The notes: a model not told the origin generated them from the letters alone. 54,939 nucleotides of DNA from Treponemataceae bacterium (GCA_963649315.1 CAVJHV010000002.1:20719-75657); one strand, 5' to 3'; counted from the stretch's first letter, positions 28,730 through 38,442 are shown. Translations and numbers: made by a program.

Positions 28730-30025
28730 TTATTTATCCAAAATGATTATTTCAACACGGCGGTTTCTGGCCATGCCTTCACGGTCTGGGCTGCCATCTG
28801 CCTTGTAGTTGTCTGCAAGCGGCTGCAGGGAACCCTTGCCTTGGGTGAAGATGTGGTACTTGTCTTTTACCCCTAACTTTATAAGATAATTGGCAACTGC
28901 CTGGGCTCTTTCTTCGGAAAGGGACTGGCGGCTTTTTGCTGTGCCGGAAAGGGCTGTGTGACCTACAACAAGAATATCATTGTCCGGGTAAAGTTTTAAA
29001 ATTTCAGAAATCTTTTTGATTTTTTCCTGCTCCTCTTTTTTTAGAAGGGCGCTTTCTGCTTCAAACTGGATTTTTTCCAGGGCAATAGTCAAACCTTTTT
29101 CGCCTTTTGTAACGGTAACATTTTCAAGCCCCAGATTTTCAATTTTTTCCTGGACATCTTTTACGCCTTCTTCGGTTGCTGTCCTGACTAAATCTGAAAC
29201 TTCTGCATGGGCAGTTCCCGTAAATTCGTAAATGCTGCCGTAAGCTGTTTCCATGATGATTCTAAATCTTTCTGTGTAGTGACTTATCATTCCTTTTTCA
29301 TTGTCAAAGTAAATTTCTTCGTCACTAAAGCCCATTGTCATTACGGGGTAGTCCACGTAGTAAGAAGTTGTCTTTGTGTATTCGGGGCTTTCCATGTAAA
29401 GATTGTATGTGCATTGAATCACTTCAAGTCTTTTGCCGTCTTCTTCAACATAACCCTTGTAGGTGTATTTTGCAGTGAAGGGAACAATGTAAGGTTTTTC
29501 CAGACCAAAGTTTTGCCTTAAGTCGTGGGCCTCCTGACCGTCAGCAGTCCATGTGTCACCCACTTTGACTTTTTTATCTGCAAAGGTCGGTACATCTCTT
29601 ACAGTCGGCATAAAATATTGTTCGTCTATGGTATAGACTCCCAGATTGTCTTTGGTTAAAAGTGACTGATACTCCTTGCCCCAGGAATAAGTTTGTCCTG
29701 TAACAGCCATGGAACTTTCTTCGCTCGTCATGAATGTGATGTCATGCAGGGCAGACTTTTCCTTTACTTCTTTTACTTTGACCGCTACCCGGTTTACTAT
29801 TGTGGCAGAATGATCGAACCTTGTGTTTACATAAACATCTTCGTCGACCGTAGAAAGAATTCTGTAGGAATCGTCTTTTTGATATTTGAATTCCAGTTTT
29901 ACGGCTTTTCCGTCATCTTTTATATTTTGATTTGAAGTTTGATATGCCGATTTTTGCCCCCACAAAGAAAGTGGCAGAATAAAAAAAAGAAAAAGGCTTG
30001 TTTTTTTCAGAAAAGATTTTTTCAT
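28730..30025 (-). CDS. OmpA-family (C-terminal peptidoglycan-binding domain) protein
   Basis: Signal peptide; IQF...A.L, VVGHT, LSEERAQAV..YL, NRRVEI. Confidence 0.88.
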   Translation of the reverse strand: MKKSFLKKTSLFLFFILPLSLWGQKSAYQTSNQNIKDDGKAVKLEFKYQKDDSYRILSTVDEDVYVNTRFDHSATIVNRVAVKVKEVKEKSALHDITFMTSEESSMAVTGQTYSWGKEYQSLLTKDNLGVYTIDEQYFMPTVRDVPTFADKKVKVGDTWTADGQEAHDLRQNFGLEKPYIVPFTAKYTYKGYVEEDGKRLEVIQCTYNLYMESPEYTKTTSYYVDYPVMTMGFSDEEIYFDNEKGMISHYTERFRIIMETAYGSIYEFTGTAHAEVSDLVRTATEEGVKDVQEKIENLGLENVTVTKGEKGLTIALEKIQFEAESALLKKEEQEKIKKISEILKLYPDNDILVVGHTALSGTAKSRQSLSEERAQAVANYLIKLGVKDKYHIFTQGKGSLQPLADNYKADGSPDREGMARNRRVEIIILDK

Positions 30026-30071
30026 GCTTTACCTCGCTGGTTGACTTTGGGATTTTTTTAAAGCCCCTTAT

Positions 30072-30107
30072 GTGAGCCTCTAAAAATTGCAATTTTTAGA
30101 GATGCCT
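30072..30107. mobile_element. Family B minimal 36-bp unit with TTAT direct flanks
   Basis: TTAT-GTGAGCCTCTAAAAATTGCAATTTTTAGAGATGCCT-TTAT. Confidence 0.7.
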
Positions 30108-30181
30108 TTATCTTTTATCGATAAAAAAAACTTTTATGTGAAGGATTTTTCTATTAGAAAATTCTAAGAATTTGGGGGCTT

Positions 30182-30287
30182 GTTTAGGAAAGCGATGTCT
30201 GTTTAGGAAAGTGACATCTGTTTAGGAAAACGGTGTCTATTTACGAAAGTAGCGTCTGTTTACGAAAGCGGTGCCTGTTTACAAAAC
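30182..30287 (+). repeat. 19-bp tandem array (5 units plus terminal GTTTACAAAAC)
   Basis: Units of the form GTTTA(G/C)GAAA-N9; same family as 20311-20525. Confidence 0.9.
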
Positions 30288-30301
30288 TGCCTTCCTCAAC
30301 T

Positions 30302-30442
30302 ATAAGTCCGGGGGTTTAGGGGCAGAAAATTTTTACTACCTTCTTTTTTTTAGAAATTTCTGTTGGTAAATTTTTTGCCCCTAGGAGAAGGGGTAGCGGA
30401 AGACACGCCTGCGTGGCTGCAGCGAGGGGAAGGCTTTCCCCC
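30302..30442 (-). repeat. Family C element, copy 2 (inverted)
   Basis: Reverse complement of 24437-24577; abuts the stop codon of the GGDEF-EAL gene. Confidence 0.85.
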
Positions 30443-32254
30443 TTAAGATTTTCCACCTTTAACAAAAATTTTTTTGTATTTTTCCAGGGAAAGAACGGCA
30501 GAAATGTCGCCACCTAAAAGTTTTTCGCACAAGTCTTTTGGCATGGGTTTGCCTTTTAAAAATCCCTGGATGTTGCGGCAGTTTATTTGCTTTAAAATGT
30601 CCAGCTGCTCTTCTGTTTCAACACCTTCGGCAATTGTGTCCAGGCCCATTTTTGAAACCATAGAAACAATGCTTTCCGTAATGTGAGTTTCTGTTCCTGT
30701 TTTGCTGGCAATGTTTGCAATAAAACTTTTGTCGATTTTTAAAGTTGTAAGGGGCAGAATCTGCAGGTAGCGCAGTGAAGAATAACCCGTTCCAAAATCG
30801 TCCAGAGAAATTCCCACTCCCATATTTTTTATTTCAGACAATTTTTTTATGGCTGAATCTACATCGTTAATCAAAATTCCTTCTGTTACTTCCAGTTCCA
30901 GGTGGGCAGGGTTAATTTTGTGGCGGTTAAATTCATTTGTGAATTTTAAAAGAAAATCCTCTTTGGAAAATTGAACGGGTGAAACATTTATGCTTAAAAT
31001 TCCTGTAAAGTTGTATTTCTTTTCCCATTCTTCGAGGGTTTCAAGGCCCTTCATCATAACCCAGTCGCCAATTGGAATGACAAGGTTTGTTTCTTCTGCA
31101 AGAGGAATAAATTCTTCGGGGCTGATCCAACCCAACTCCTGGTCATGCCAGCGGATTAAAGATTCAAAACCCCGCAGTTCGTTTGTAGAAACATCAAACT
31201 GGGGCTGAAAGTAAAGCTGGAAAAGTCCTTCTTCCATAGCCTTGGCCATTTTTTTTTCCAGGTTTACTTTTGAAATAAATTTTTCCTGCATGACTTGTTC
31301 AAAAGCCAGAATGGAATTTCTTGAACTTCTTTTTGCTTCTGATTTTGCCATGTCTGCAAAAGTATGAATGTCACTTGCGTTACTGGTGTCATCCGGGTAA
31401 AAAGCAATGCCTCCGGAAATGAAAATTTCTTTTTTAAAAAGGCGGTCTTTAAAATCTTCTGCAAGTTTTTTAAATGTGGCCATGTCTTTTATTTTTTTCG
31501 AAAGCAAAATAAATTCGTCTCCGTTCATTCGGTAGGCGCTTGTGTCTTTGTTTTCCAGTTTTCTAAGTTCCTGGGCAATTGTCTGTAAAATCTGGTCGCC
31601 GGCATTTGCTCCTTTTGAATCATTTACCATTTTGATATTGTCTACATCAAAAAGAAAAATGGCAAATTTAGAATTGTATTCTTTGCAAAGGCGGGCTGCT
31701 TCCATAACGTGTGAATTGTAAAGGAAGCGGTTATTTAAATTTGTCAGCGGGTCATGGTAGGCCGCAGACCGCAGCTGGGAATTTAACATTTCAATGCTTG
31801 TATTTTTTTTCTTTAAGTCGCTTTTGTTAAAGTTAAGTTCCTGGCTTAAAGTTTCCAGCCTTAGGCTTTGCCTTTTAAATTCATTTTCACTTTCTTTAAA
31901 AGCGCTTATGTCTTCAAGACTGATGCAAAGATATTCATCATTTATGAAGTCCACTTTAATTTTAAAAAAACTTTTCAGTGAAAGCGAATAAGATTCTTTT
32001 TGAAGATTTTCTTTTTTTTCAAAAACTTTTGCTGCTAAAAGCTGTGTCTTATTTTCAAGCCCTAGTTTTTCATCCAAAAGGGAAAGACAGTCTCCTTTTT
32101 TTACAAGAGAATGGCAGGCTGCCACAAAAGTGTCATTTAAAAAATCGATCGTAAAATCGCAGTAACTGTTGCCAGGCAAATTATATTGAGGAGAAACTAA
32201 ACACAGTGCAAGAGAAATATTTTCTAAAACTTGAAACGAATTAAAACTTTCCAT
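30443..32254 (-). CDS. GGDEF-EAL protein (probable c-di-GMP phosphodiesterase; GGDEF degenerate)
   Basis: HDPLTNL.NR, RMNGDEF, FQP..ESLIRW, DDFGTGYSS, KIDKSF, EGVE, QG. Confidence 0.9.
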   Translation of the reverse strand: MESFNSFQVLENISLALCLVSPQYNLPGNSYCDFTIDFLNDTFVAACHSLVKKGDCLSLLDEKLGLENKTQLLAAKVFEKKENLQKESYSLSLKSFFKIKVDFINDEYLCISLEDISAFKESENEFKRQSLRLETLSQELNFNKSDLKKKNTSIEMLNSQLRSAAYHDPLTNLNNRFLYNSHVMEAARLCKEYNSKFAIFLFDVDNIKMVNDSKGANAGDQILQTIAQELRKLENKDTSAYRMNGDEFILLSKKIKDMATFKKLAEDFKDRLFKKEIFISGGIAFYPDDTSNASDIHTFADMAKSEAKRSSRNSILAFEQVMQEKFISKVNLEKKMAKAMEEGLFQLYFQPQFDVSTNELRGFESLIRWHDQELGWISPEEFIPLAEETNLVIPIGDWVMMKGLETLEEWEKKYNFTGILSINVSPVQFSKEDFLLKFTNEFNRHKINPAHLELEVTEGILINDVDSAIKKLSEIKNMGVGISLDDFGTGYSSLRYLQILPLTTLKIDKSFIANIASKTGTETHITESIVSMVSKMGLDTIAEGVETEEQLDILKQINCRNIQGFLKGKPMPKDLCEKLLGGDISAVLSLEKYKKIFVKGGKS

Positions 32255-32311
32255 AACAATTTCTAATGGATTTATAATACCTTATTTTTTTTTGAATGTA
32301 AACTTTATAAA

Positions 32312-32421
32312 GGGCATCTCTAAAAATCATTTTCAACGCTTTTTTAGCAGATGCCCTCGAATTTTAAGTCTTTGAAATACAAAGAGTTAAAATGTCTCAT
32401 TTTCATAGTTGCCTCTAAAAA
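32312..32421 (+). mobile_element. Family B long-form copy, right end truncated
   Basis: Colinear with 24721-24793, but carries an extra ~38-bp internal segment. Confidence 0.7.
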
Positions 32422-32456
32422 GAAAAAGCGTGCCTTCTAAAAAAGACACGCCTTTA
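32418..32456 (-). terminator. Terminator of potD
   Basis: On -: AAAGGCGTGTCTT-loop-AAGGCACGCTTTTTCTTTTT. Confidence 0.65.
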
Positions 32457-32474
32457 AGAAAACTATAGAAAAAA

Positions 32475-33536
32475 CTAGTTGATTCTGATTGTTTCCCAGC
32501 GTTCAATAAATTTAATTAAATCTTCGCCAATGTCATTTTTCAAAGTGCAGTGATCCATCATACTTGCTTCGTACATAGGAGTCTTTGTTGTGTATTCACT
32601 GGCAGGTAAATTCACGTAGCATGGAAAGTGGAAAAAGTCCAGGAACTTTGCATAGTTTTCCGGACGGTGAATAAAGTTTATGAATTCCATTGCAAGGTCA
32701 TAGTGCTTTGCGCCTTTTAAAATACACATGCTGTCCAGGTAGCAGGCACCTCCTTCTTCAGGAATAAAGAAATCCACAGTGTCCCACTTGTCTTCAGGAA
32801 TTTCTCCAAAAATAACTTCTGCGTATCCCTGGCACAACCAGAAATCCCCCTGGGCAAAAGATTTTCCAAAACCTTCTGCGTCAAATTTTACAAGGTTAGG
32901 TTTCCACTTTGAATTGATGTATTCAGTTGCCTGATCAAGTTGAGCATCATCTGTGGAATTAACATCGTAGCCCAAATGAACAAGAGCATCTCCCATAACT
33001 TCCCTCATGTCATCCATCATGGAAGCGTGTCCTGCAAAACGCTGGTCTTCAAAAATGCTCCAGTCGCGTGCATAATCAGTCATATCGATTTTTGTCTTGT
33101 TTACAGAAACACCTGCTGCTCCCAGATAATATGGAACGGCATAATCCATGTTTGGATCATAAGTTGCCTTTTCAAGAACTGCCGGATTAATATTTCCCTT
33201 GTTTGTAAATTTGCTGAGATCCAGTTTTTCAAGCATGCCCTGGTCAATCATAATGGAAACATAATCCTGAGATGGAACAACAATGTCATACCCCTTTGCA
33301 CCGCCCACAATCTTTGTGTACATTTCTTCGTTGCTGGCAAAAGAGTCAACATTTACTTTACAGCCAAACTCATTTTCAAAATCTGCTATTACATCATCAG
33401 GAGTGTAATAGGTCCAGTTGTAAAGGTTTAAAACCTTTTCGCTACTTTTGCCTGAACTCTTAGAGCATGAGGCAAATCCAAATACGCTTGCAATACATGC
33501 AAGTGCGAGTGTAACTTTTGTGATTAATTTTTTCAT
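32475..33536 (-). CDS. potD: Spermidine/putrescine-binding lipoprotein
   Basis: LNLYNW.YY, FASNEEMY.K, YDIVVPS; lipobox FASC; start moved to ATG 33536 (SD AGGAG). Confidence 0.9.
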   Translation of the reverse strand: MKKLITKVTLALACIASVFGFASCSKSSGKSSEKVLNLYNWTYYTPDDVIADFENEFGCKVNVDSFASNEEMYTKIVGGAKGYDIVVPSQDYVSIMIDQGMLEKLDLSKFTNKGNINPAVLEKATYDPNMDYAVPYYLGAAGVSVNKTKIDMTDYARDWSIFEDQRFAGHASMMDDMREVMGDALVHLGYDVNSTDDAQLDQATEYINSKWKPNLVKFDAEGFGKSFAQGDFWLCQGYAEVIFGEIPEDKWDTVDFFIPEEGGACYLDSMCILKGAKHYDLAMEFINFIHRPENYAKFLDFFHFPCYVNLPASEYTTKTPMYEASMMDHCTLKNDIGEDLIKFIERWETIRIN

Positions 33537-33571
33537 TTTTGAAAAATCTCCTCTAGTCACAAAAAATATTA

Positions 33572-33617
33572 GGGCTTCTCTAAAAAAAATCATTTTCCAT
33601 ATTTTTTTAGAGATTGC
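33572..33617 (+). repeat. Family B left-end remnant
   Basis: GGGCTTCTCTAAAAAAAATCATTTTC...TTTTTTTAGAGA. Confidence 0.55.
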
Positions 33618-33738
33618 ATTCCGGCCGCTTTAACAAAACGCTTTTAACCAGAATGTTTTTTCAGGTGATAAAAAGGCATTTCCAAAAAATCACTTTTCAG
33701 AAATGCCAGCAATGATTTCACTTTTGCCGGCAAAAAAA

Positions 33739-34611
33739 TCAATGGCTTGCTGCAAAAGATTTAAGGAATTTTCTTCCGGCAATTGTTATAAAACAAATGA
33801 CCAGAATCAAAATAAATGAAAGAGAATTGATTACAGGACTTACACCAAAACGGATCATGGAATTTACATAAAGGGGAAGGGTAGTGCTGCCAGGACCGCT
33901 TACCATAAAAGTAATTACATAATCTTCAAGTGAAAGAGTAATGCTCATTACAAAGCCAGAAATAATTCCAGGCATGATTGCAGGAATAATAACTTTAAAA
34001 AGAGTTTGTCTTTCGTTCGCTCCCAGGTCGTGGCTGGCTTCAATAATTGAATAATCAAATTCATCTACGCGGGCACCAACCATAAGGTAAACAAAAGGCA
34101 GACAGAATGTTGTATGAGCAATAAAAATGGTAAAAAGACCAAGCGGAACTTTCACAAAATTAAAGAAAATCAAAAGGGAAAGACCCATAATCACTTCTGG
34201 CAGAACCATTGGCAAAAAACTTACAGACTGAATATATTTTTTTCCGAAAAAAGAATACCAGCTGTTACCAATTGCTGCCAGTGTGCCTAGAATGGTTGCT
34301 ACAAAACTTGAAGTTACAGCAACAATCAAACTGTTTAAAAGAGAGTCCCACAAAGGCCTGCTGTCAAAGAAAAGCTTCTGGTACCATACAAAAGAAAAGC
34401 CCGTGAAAGTAGTATCTTTTGATTCGTTGAAGGAAAAAAAGATAATGACAAAAAGAGGAATAAACAAAAATGCCAGTACCAAAGCCAGCATGGTCTTTGA
34501 AAAAGAAAATTTGGGCTGATGCTTTTTCCAGTCGCGCTTTGCGTGGCGGTTAGGCTCAGACGGATGAGTTACATTTTTTCTACGTATTAAAAGTACAAAT
34601 GGATTTTTCAT
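33739..34611 (-). CDS. potC: Polyamine ABC permease
   Basis: FSFN, PMVLPEVIMG, EASHDLGA, TTLPL. Confidence 0.9.
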   Translation of the reverse strand: MKNPFVLLIRRKNVTHPSEPNRHAKRDWKKHQPKFSFSKTMLALVLAFLFIPLFVIIFFSFNESKDTTFTGFSFVWYQKLFFDSRPLWDSLLNSLIVAVTSSFVATILGTLAAIGNSWYSFFGKKYIQSVSFLPMVLPEVIMGLSLLIFFNFVKVPLGLFTIFIAHTTFCLPFVYLMVGARVDEFDYSIIEASHDLGANERQTLFKVIIPAIMPGIISGFVMSITLSLEDYVITFMVSGPGSTTLPLYVNSMIRFGVSPVINSLSFILILVICFITIAGRKFLKSFAASH

Positions 34612-35684
34612 TACAGATTTCCTCCAGTAGAAGAAATTTTTGCTCCGTCACTGGCCATTTCTTTTTTTATAAGGGAACCTGCCAGAACTTCAGTAGAATC
34701 TTCTTTTTTAGAAACTTGATTTTCTTTTGACTGCTTCCTGTTTGAAGCCAGCATAAGCAAAATGCCAGCCATGGAAATAAGAGTAAGAATAAGAGAAAAT
34801 GCTGCTGCCAGAGGCCAGTTGCGTGTTTTTTGAACTTGATCAACAATGATGTTTCCAATCATGTAACTGTCCATGCCGCCCACCAGGTTTGGAACAACAT
34901 AAGAACCGAAAATCGGGATAAAAGTAAAAATCAAAGCTGAAGTAATGCCACTTCTTATGCCGGGCAAAAGAACTTTAAAAACAGACTGAGGCTTTGTAGC
35001 CCCCAAATCGCGTGCTGCTTCCAAAAGGCTGAAGTCAAAACGGTCAACTGCCGTAAAAACAGGTAAAATGGCATAAGGCAGCTGCATGTAAATGCTTACA
35101 AGAATAACAGCACCCTTGGTGTTCATGAATTTGCCTGCTTTAAAAACCGCACTTGTGTTTCCCGTAATTTTGCACCATAAGTCAAAAACAGCCTTTCCAA
35201 ATTGATTCAAAAGACCGTTTTCCCCAAGAATTGTAATCCATGCAAAAATGCGGATTAAACTGTTAGTCAAAAAAGGAACAATCACTAAAATCAAAAGCAC
35301 AGTCTGTCTTTTGCTTCTGGCCATAGCATAACCGCAGGGCAGGGCAAGAATAATAGTTATGGCCGTAGAAAGCACCGTAATCCAAAGGGTACGCAAAAAG
35401 ACCATTCCGTAAGTTGCCGTAAAAAGCGACTGGTAAGCCTTCAGCGAAAATTTTGGCAAAACGCTGCCATAAATATTTCTTTGTAAAAAAGAGTAAACCA
35501 GAATAATTAAAAGAGGAACAATAAAAAATATAGAAAACCACAAACCCATAGGCCACGAATAGAATGGACCAGGATTTGCCTTTTTGTACTTTGCCGAATA
35601 AGCTTTTGAAGCCAGCTTTAACTGAAAAGACTGGCCGGCCTTTTTTTCTTTGGCAGCTTCAGCTTTTTTTGATTTTTTTTCCAT
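34611..35684 (-). CDS. potB: Polyamine ABC permease
   Basis: PFLTNSLIR, LPYAILP, EAARDLGA, NWPLAAA. Confidence 0.9.
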   Translation of the reverse strand: MEKKSKKAEAAKEKKAGQSFQLKLASKAYSAKYKKANPGPFYSWPMGLWFSIFFIVPLLIILVYSFLQRNIYGSVLPKFSLKAYQSLFTATYGMVFLRTLWITVLSTAITIILALPCGYAMARSKRQTVLLILVIVPFLTNSLIRIFAWITILGENGLLNQFGKAVFDLWCKITGNTSAVFKAGKFMNTKGAVILVSIYMQLPYAILPVFTAVDRFDFSLLEAARDLGATKPQSVFKVLLPGIRSGITSALIFTFIPIFGSYVVPNLVGGMDSYMIGNIIVDQVQKTRNWPLAAAFSLILTLISMAGILLMLASNRKQSKENQVSKKEDSTEVLAGSLIKKEMASDGAKISSTGGNL

Positions 35685-35701
35685 AGCAAAATCCTCAAAA
35701 A

Positions 35702-36889
35702 TTACTTGTTGATGTCTTCAACAATATAGCCGTCTTCTGCTGACCAGGAAATGTAAACAGTATCCTTCCAGGCAATTTCCGGACCGTCATCAAGATAATT
35801 CATGTGTTGCTTAAAGACCTTTACGATTGTGCCGTTTTCCAGGCGGACATAAAATTTAGACTGGAAACCAGTGTAAACAGGTTCTTCAACAACGCCTTTA
35901 AAAACATTAATGTCCCTGCGGCCACCCACATTTGGAATTTCCGTAGTAATTCTGATTTTTTCAGGACGGATTGTAAAAGCAACCTTCTGTCCTTCATCCG
36001 TATGTTCATAATCAGTTACAAGAATGTTTTTATCTTCTTCCTTAGTCTGCAGAGTGTCACCAGGCAAAGGAGTCTGCATGCCCAAAGCCGGAGTATTCAA
36101 AGTAACATTGTATTCAGTACCGGTTTTGCCCTGGAAAGAATCGCATTTTACTACAGTAGATTCAAAAAGATTTGTTTCTCCAATAAATTGAGCCACAAAC
36201 TGAGTAGCAGGACTTTCGTAAATTTCAAAAGGAGTGCCCACCTGCAAAACATGCCCCGCATTCATAACGGCAATTCTGTCAGAAACAGCAAGAGCTTCAC
36301 TCTGGTCATGAGTAACATAGATGAAAGTAATGCCTATAGCATCGTGGAGGGCATCCAGATCCAAAAGCAGGCTGGAACGAAGTTTAGCGTCCAGTGCCGA
36401 AAGAGGTTCGTCCAGTAAAAGAACTTTAGGTTCATTTATCAAAGCCCTGGCAATAGCCACACGCTGCCTTTGACCGCCGGAAAGCTGGTTAGGCTTTTTA
36501 TTCATGTGCTGTTCCAGTTGAACCAGCTTCAGATATTTTTTTACCCTCTGGTCAATTTCGTCTTTCTTAAGTTTTTTCAGTTTAAGGGGAAAAGCAACAT
36601 TGTCATAGACAGACAGATGCGGAAAAAGCGCATAACTTTGAAATACTGTGTTACTGTGTCTTTTGTTAGCCGGGAATGGAATAACATTCACATCATCAAA
36701 TAAAACTGCCCCGTCATCAGGAAATTCAAAACCTGCAATAATTCTAAGCAAAGTTGTTTTACCGCAGCCAGACGGTCCCAGCAAAGAAAAAAACTCTCCC
36801 TGCTTAATGGTAAAGTTAATGTCATCAAGAGCAACAAAATCTCCAAACTTTTTTGAAACATGCTCAATAGAAACTGTACTTCCGTTCAC
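35702..36889 (-). CDS. potA: Polyamine ABC ATPase
   Basis: GPSGCGKT, VFQSYALFPH, LSGGQRQR, DEPLSALD; GTG start. Confidence 0.92.
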   Translation of the reverse strand: MNGSTVSIEHVSKKFGDFVALDDINFTIKQGEFFSLLGPSGCGKTTLLRIIAGFEFPDDGAVLFDDVNVIPFPANKRHSNTVFQSYALFPHLSVYDNVAFPLKLKKLKKDEIDQRVKKYLKLVQLEQHMNKKPNQLSGGQRQRVAIARALINEPKVLLLDEPLSALDAKLRSSLLLDLDALHDAIGITFIYVTHDQSEALAVSDRIAVMNAGHVLQVGTPFEIYESPATQFVAQFIGETNLFESTVVKCDSFQGKTGTEYNVTLNTPALGMQTPLPGDTLQTKEEDKNILVTDYEHTDEGQKVAFTIRPEKIRITTEIPNVGGRRDINVFKGVVEEPVYTGFQSKFYVRLENGTIVKVFKQHMNYLDDGPEIAWKDTVYISWSAEDGYIVEDINK

Positions 36890-37063
36890 TTCTCCAAAGA
36901 TCTCCTCAAGTCGTATATGGTTTTTGTAATATCAACTTATTAATTCAAAAAGTCAATAAATTAAAGGCATTTTATAAAAATTATTTTTTTTAATTTTTTT
37001 GCAGCGTCCTTCCTTTTTTTTCGACCATACTTTCCTGTTAAAGCCTCCGCTGCCACTTCCACC

Positions 37064-37130
37064 GCCCTTCCGCCACTTGCTGCGCGCGGCCCTTCGGGCT
37101 GCCTCCGGCATGGCTTTACGGCGGGCTGGG
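37064..37130 (+). repeat. Family A copy A4 (partial)
   Basis: GCCCTTCCGCCACTTGCTGCGCGCGG...GGCATGGCT, nearly identical to the interior of A8. Confidence 0.8.
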
Positions 37131-37209
37131 CTGGGGGGTACTTTCAGATTAGAATAATTTTTTTTGTAAAGAAAATAACTGGCTGGGCTGTGAAACCATG
37201 ACTGAATGT

Positions 37210-37354
37210 TTTACGAAAAAAAAATATCGCTACACAAAGCGCCTAGCCGGCCGTGGAGCAATGCGAAGCAGCTGCCGCAGCGCCAGCGGAGGCAGCCGAA
37301 CGACAGTGAGTTGCGGAAGGGCCGTTAAACAAAAAGCGGTATGCTTCAAAAAAA
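37210..37354 (-). repeat. Family A copy A5
   Basis: On +: TTTACGAAA ... GCGCCTAGCCGGCCGTGGAG ... GGAAGGGCCGTTAAACAAAAAGCGGTATGCTTCAAAA. Confidence 0.85.
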
Positions 37355-37447
37355 TATCAAAAAAATTATCAATTGAAAAAAAGGGCTTTTGGTGTTAGAC
37401 TTTTTCAAAATCACACTTGTCTTTTTGAAAAGATTTTAGGGGGAAAA

Positions 37448-37690
37448 ATGTTTGCTTTGATAATCGGAATTATTTTTATTGCATTTTGCGTTTTTGCCTG
37501 CCTGCCTGCTGGAATTGGCCTTGCATGGAGCGGCGAAATAATTGCTTTCCTTAAGGGGTTTGCTCCTTGTTTTGCGGCTTTAGCGGGGTTTGTTGCCATT
37601 CTTATTGGCATTGCAGACATCAAGGATCGCCGCGAAGCTAGAAAAGAAGAAGCTCTGGCAAAAAAGGCTCAGGAAGAAAAGGCAGAATAA
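37448..37690 (+). CDS. Small two-TM hypothetical membrane protein
   Basis: SD AGGGGG before ATG 37448; two hydrophobic helices and a charged tail. Confidence 0.75.
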   Translation: MFALIIGIIFIAFCVFACLPAGIGLAWSGEIIAFLKGFAPCFAALAGFVAILIGIADIKDRREARKEEALAKKAQEEKAE

Positions 37691-37768
37691 AAAACTTTTG
37701 TTAAAGGTGAAAGTCTGATGCCTTTTAATAATTGTCATGGATTTGTCATGGGATTGGGGCTTTTTTAA

Positions 37769-37798
37769 TTGACTAAAAAGTCTTATTTGTGATATATT
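37769..37798 (+). promoter_or_regulatory. sigma70 promoter of rplM-rpsI
   Basis: TTGACT-N18-TATATT with extended -10 TG. Confidence 0.6.
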
Positions 37799-37968
37799 TT
37801 GCTACCCCGTATATAAATTACAGGCAACTGCTCATTGTCTGTAAACGTGTTCTTTTGATGCAAAAAGAATATGTTAATTATAACGCTTGGCTCCGGGTAG
37901 ATTGAGGTCTTTTTACATTGTGATCTGTCAATCTAAAATAGTTCCGGTGCCTGAAGAAAGGTAAAGAA

Positions 37969-38400
37969 ATGAAAACTATTTTTGCTAAACCAGCTGAAAT
38001 CAAGAACGACTGGTACATTATTGACGCTACTGGCAAAACACTGGGTCGCGTAGCTGCTAAGGCTGCAAGCGTACTTCGCGGTAAGAACAAGCCTTCTTAC
38101 ACACCTAACGCTCTTTGTGGTGACTATGTTGTAATCATCAATGCAGACAAAATCGAAGTAACAGGCAATAAGCACGAAGATATGCTTTACCGCCACTACA
38201 CAGGTTTTGTACGCGGTTTGCGCTCTTATTCATTTGACGAACTTATTGCTAAGCATCCGGAAGATCCTCTTAAGAGAACAATCGAAGGTATGCTTCCACA
38301 TAACCGCCTTGGCAGAAAAATGGCAGCTATGTGTAAGATTTATGCAGGTGCAGACCATCCACATGCTGCACAGAACCCAAAGCCTCTTGATGTTGAATAA
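37969..38400 (+). CDS. rplM: 50S ribosomal protein L13
   Basis: WYIIDA..LGRVA..LRGKNKP.YTP..CGDYVVIINA; GMLP. Confidence 0.98.
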   Translation: MKTIFAKPAEIKNDWYIIDATGKTLGRVAAKAASVLRGKNKPSYTPNALCGDYVVIINADKIEVTGNKHEDMLYRHYTGFVRGLRSYSFDELIAKHPEDPLKRTIEGMLPHNRLGRKMAAMCKIYAGADHPHAAQNPKPLDVE

Positions 38401-38442
38401 TCAGGACGCTGGCAAAATAAGCACATATAATAGGAATCATAT

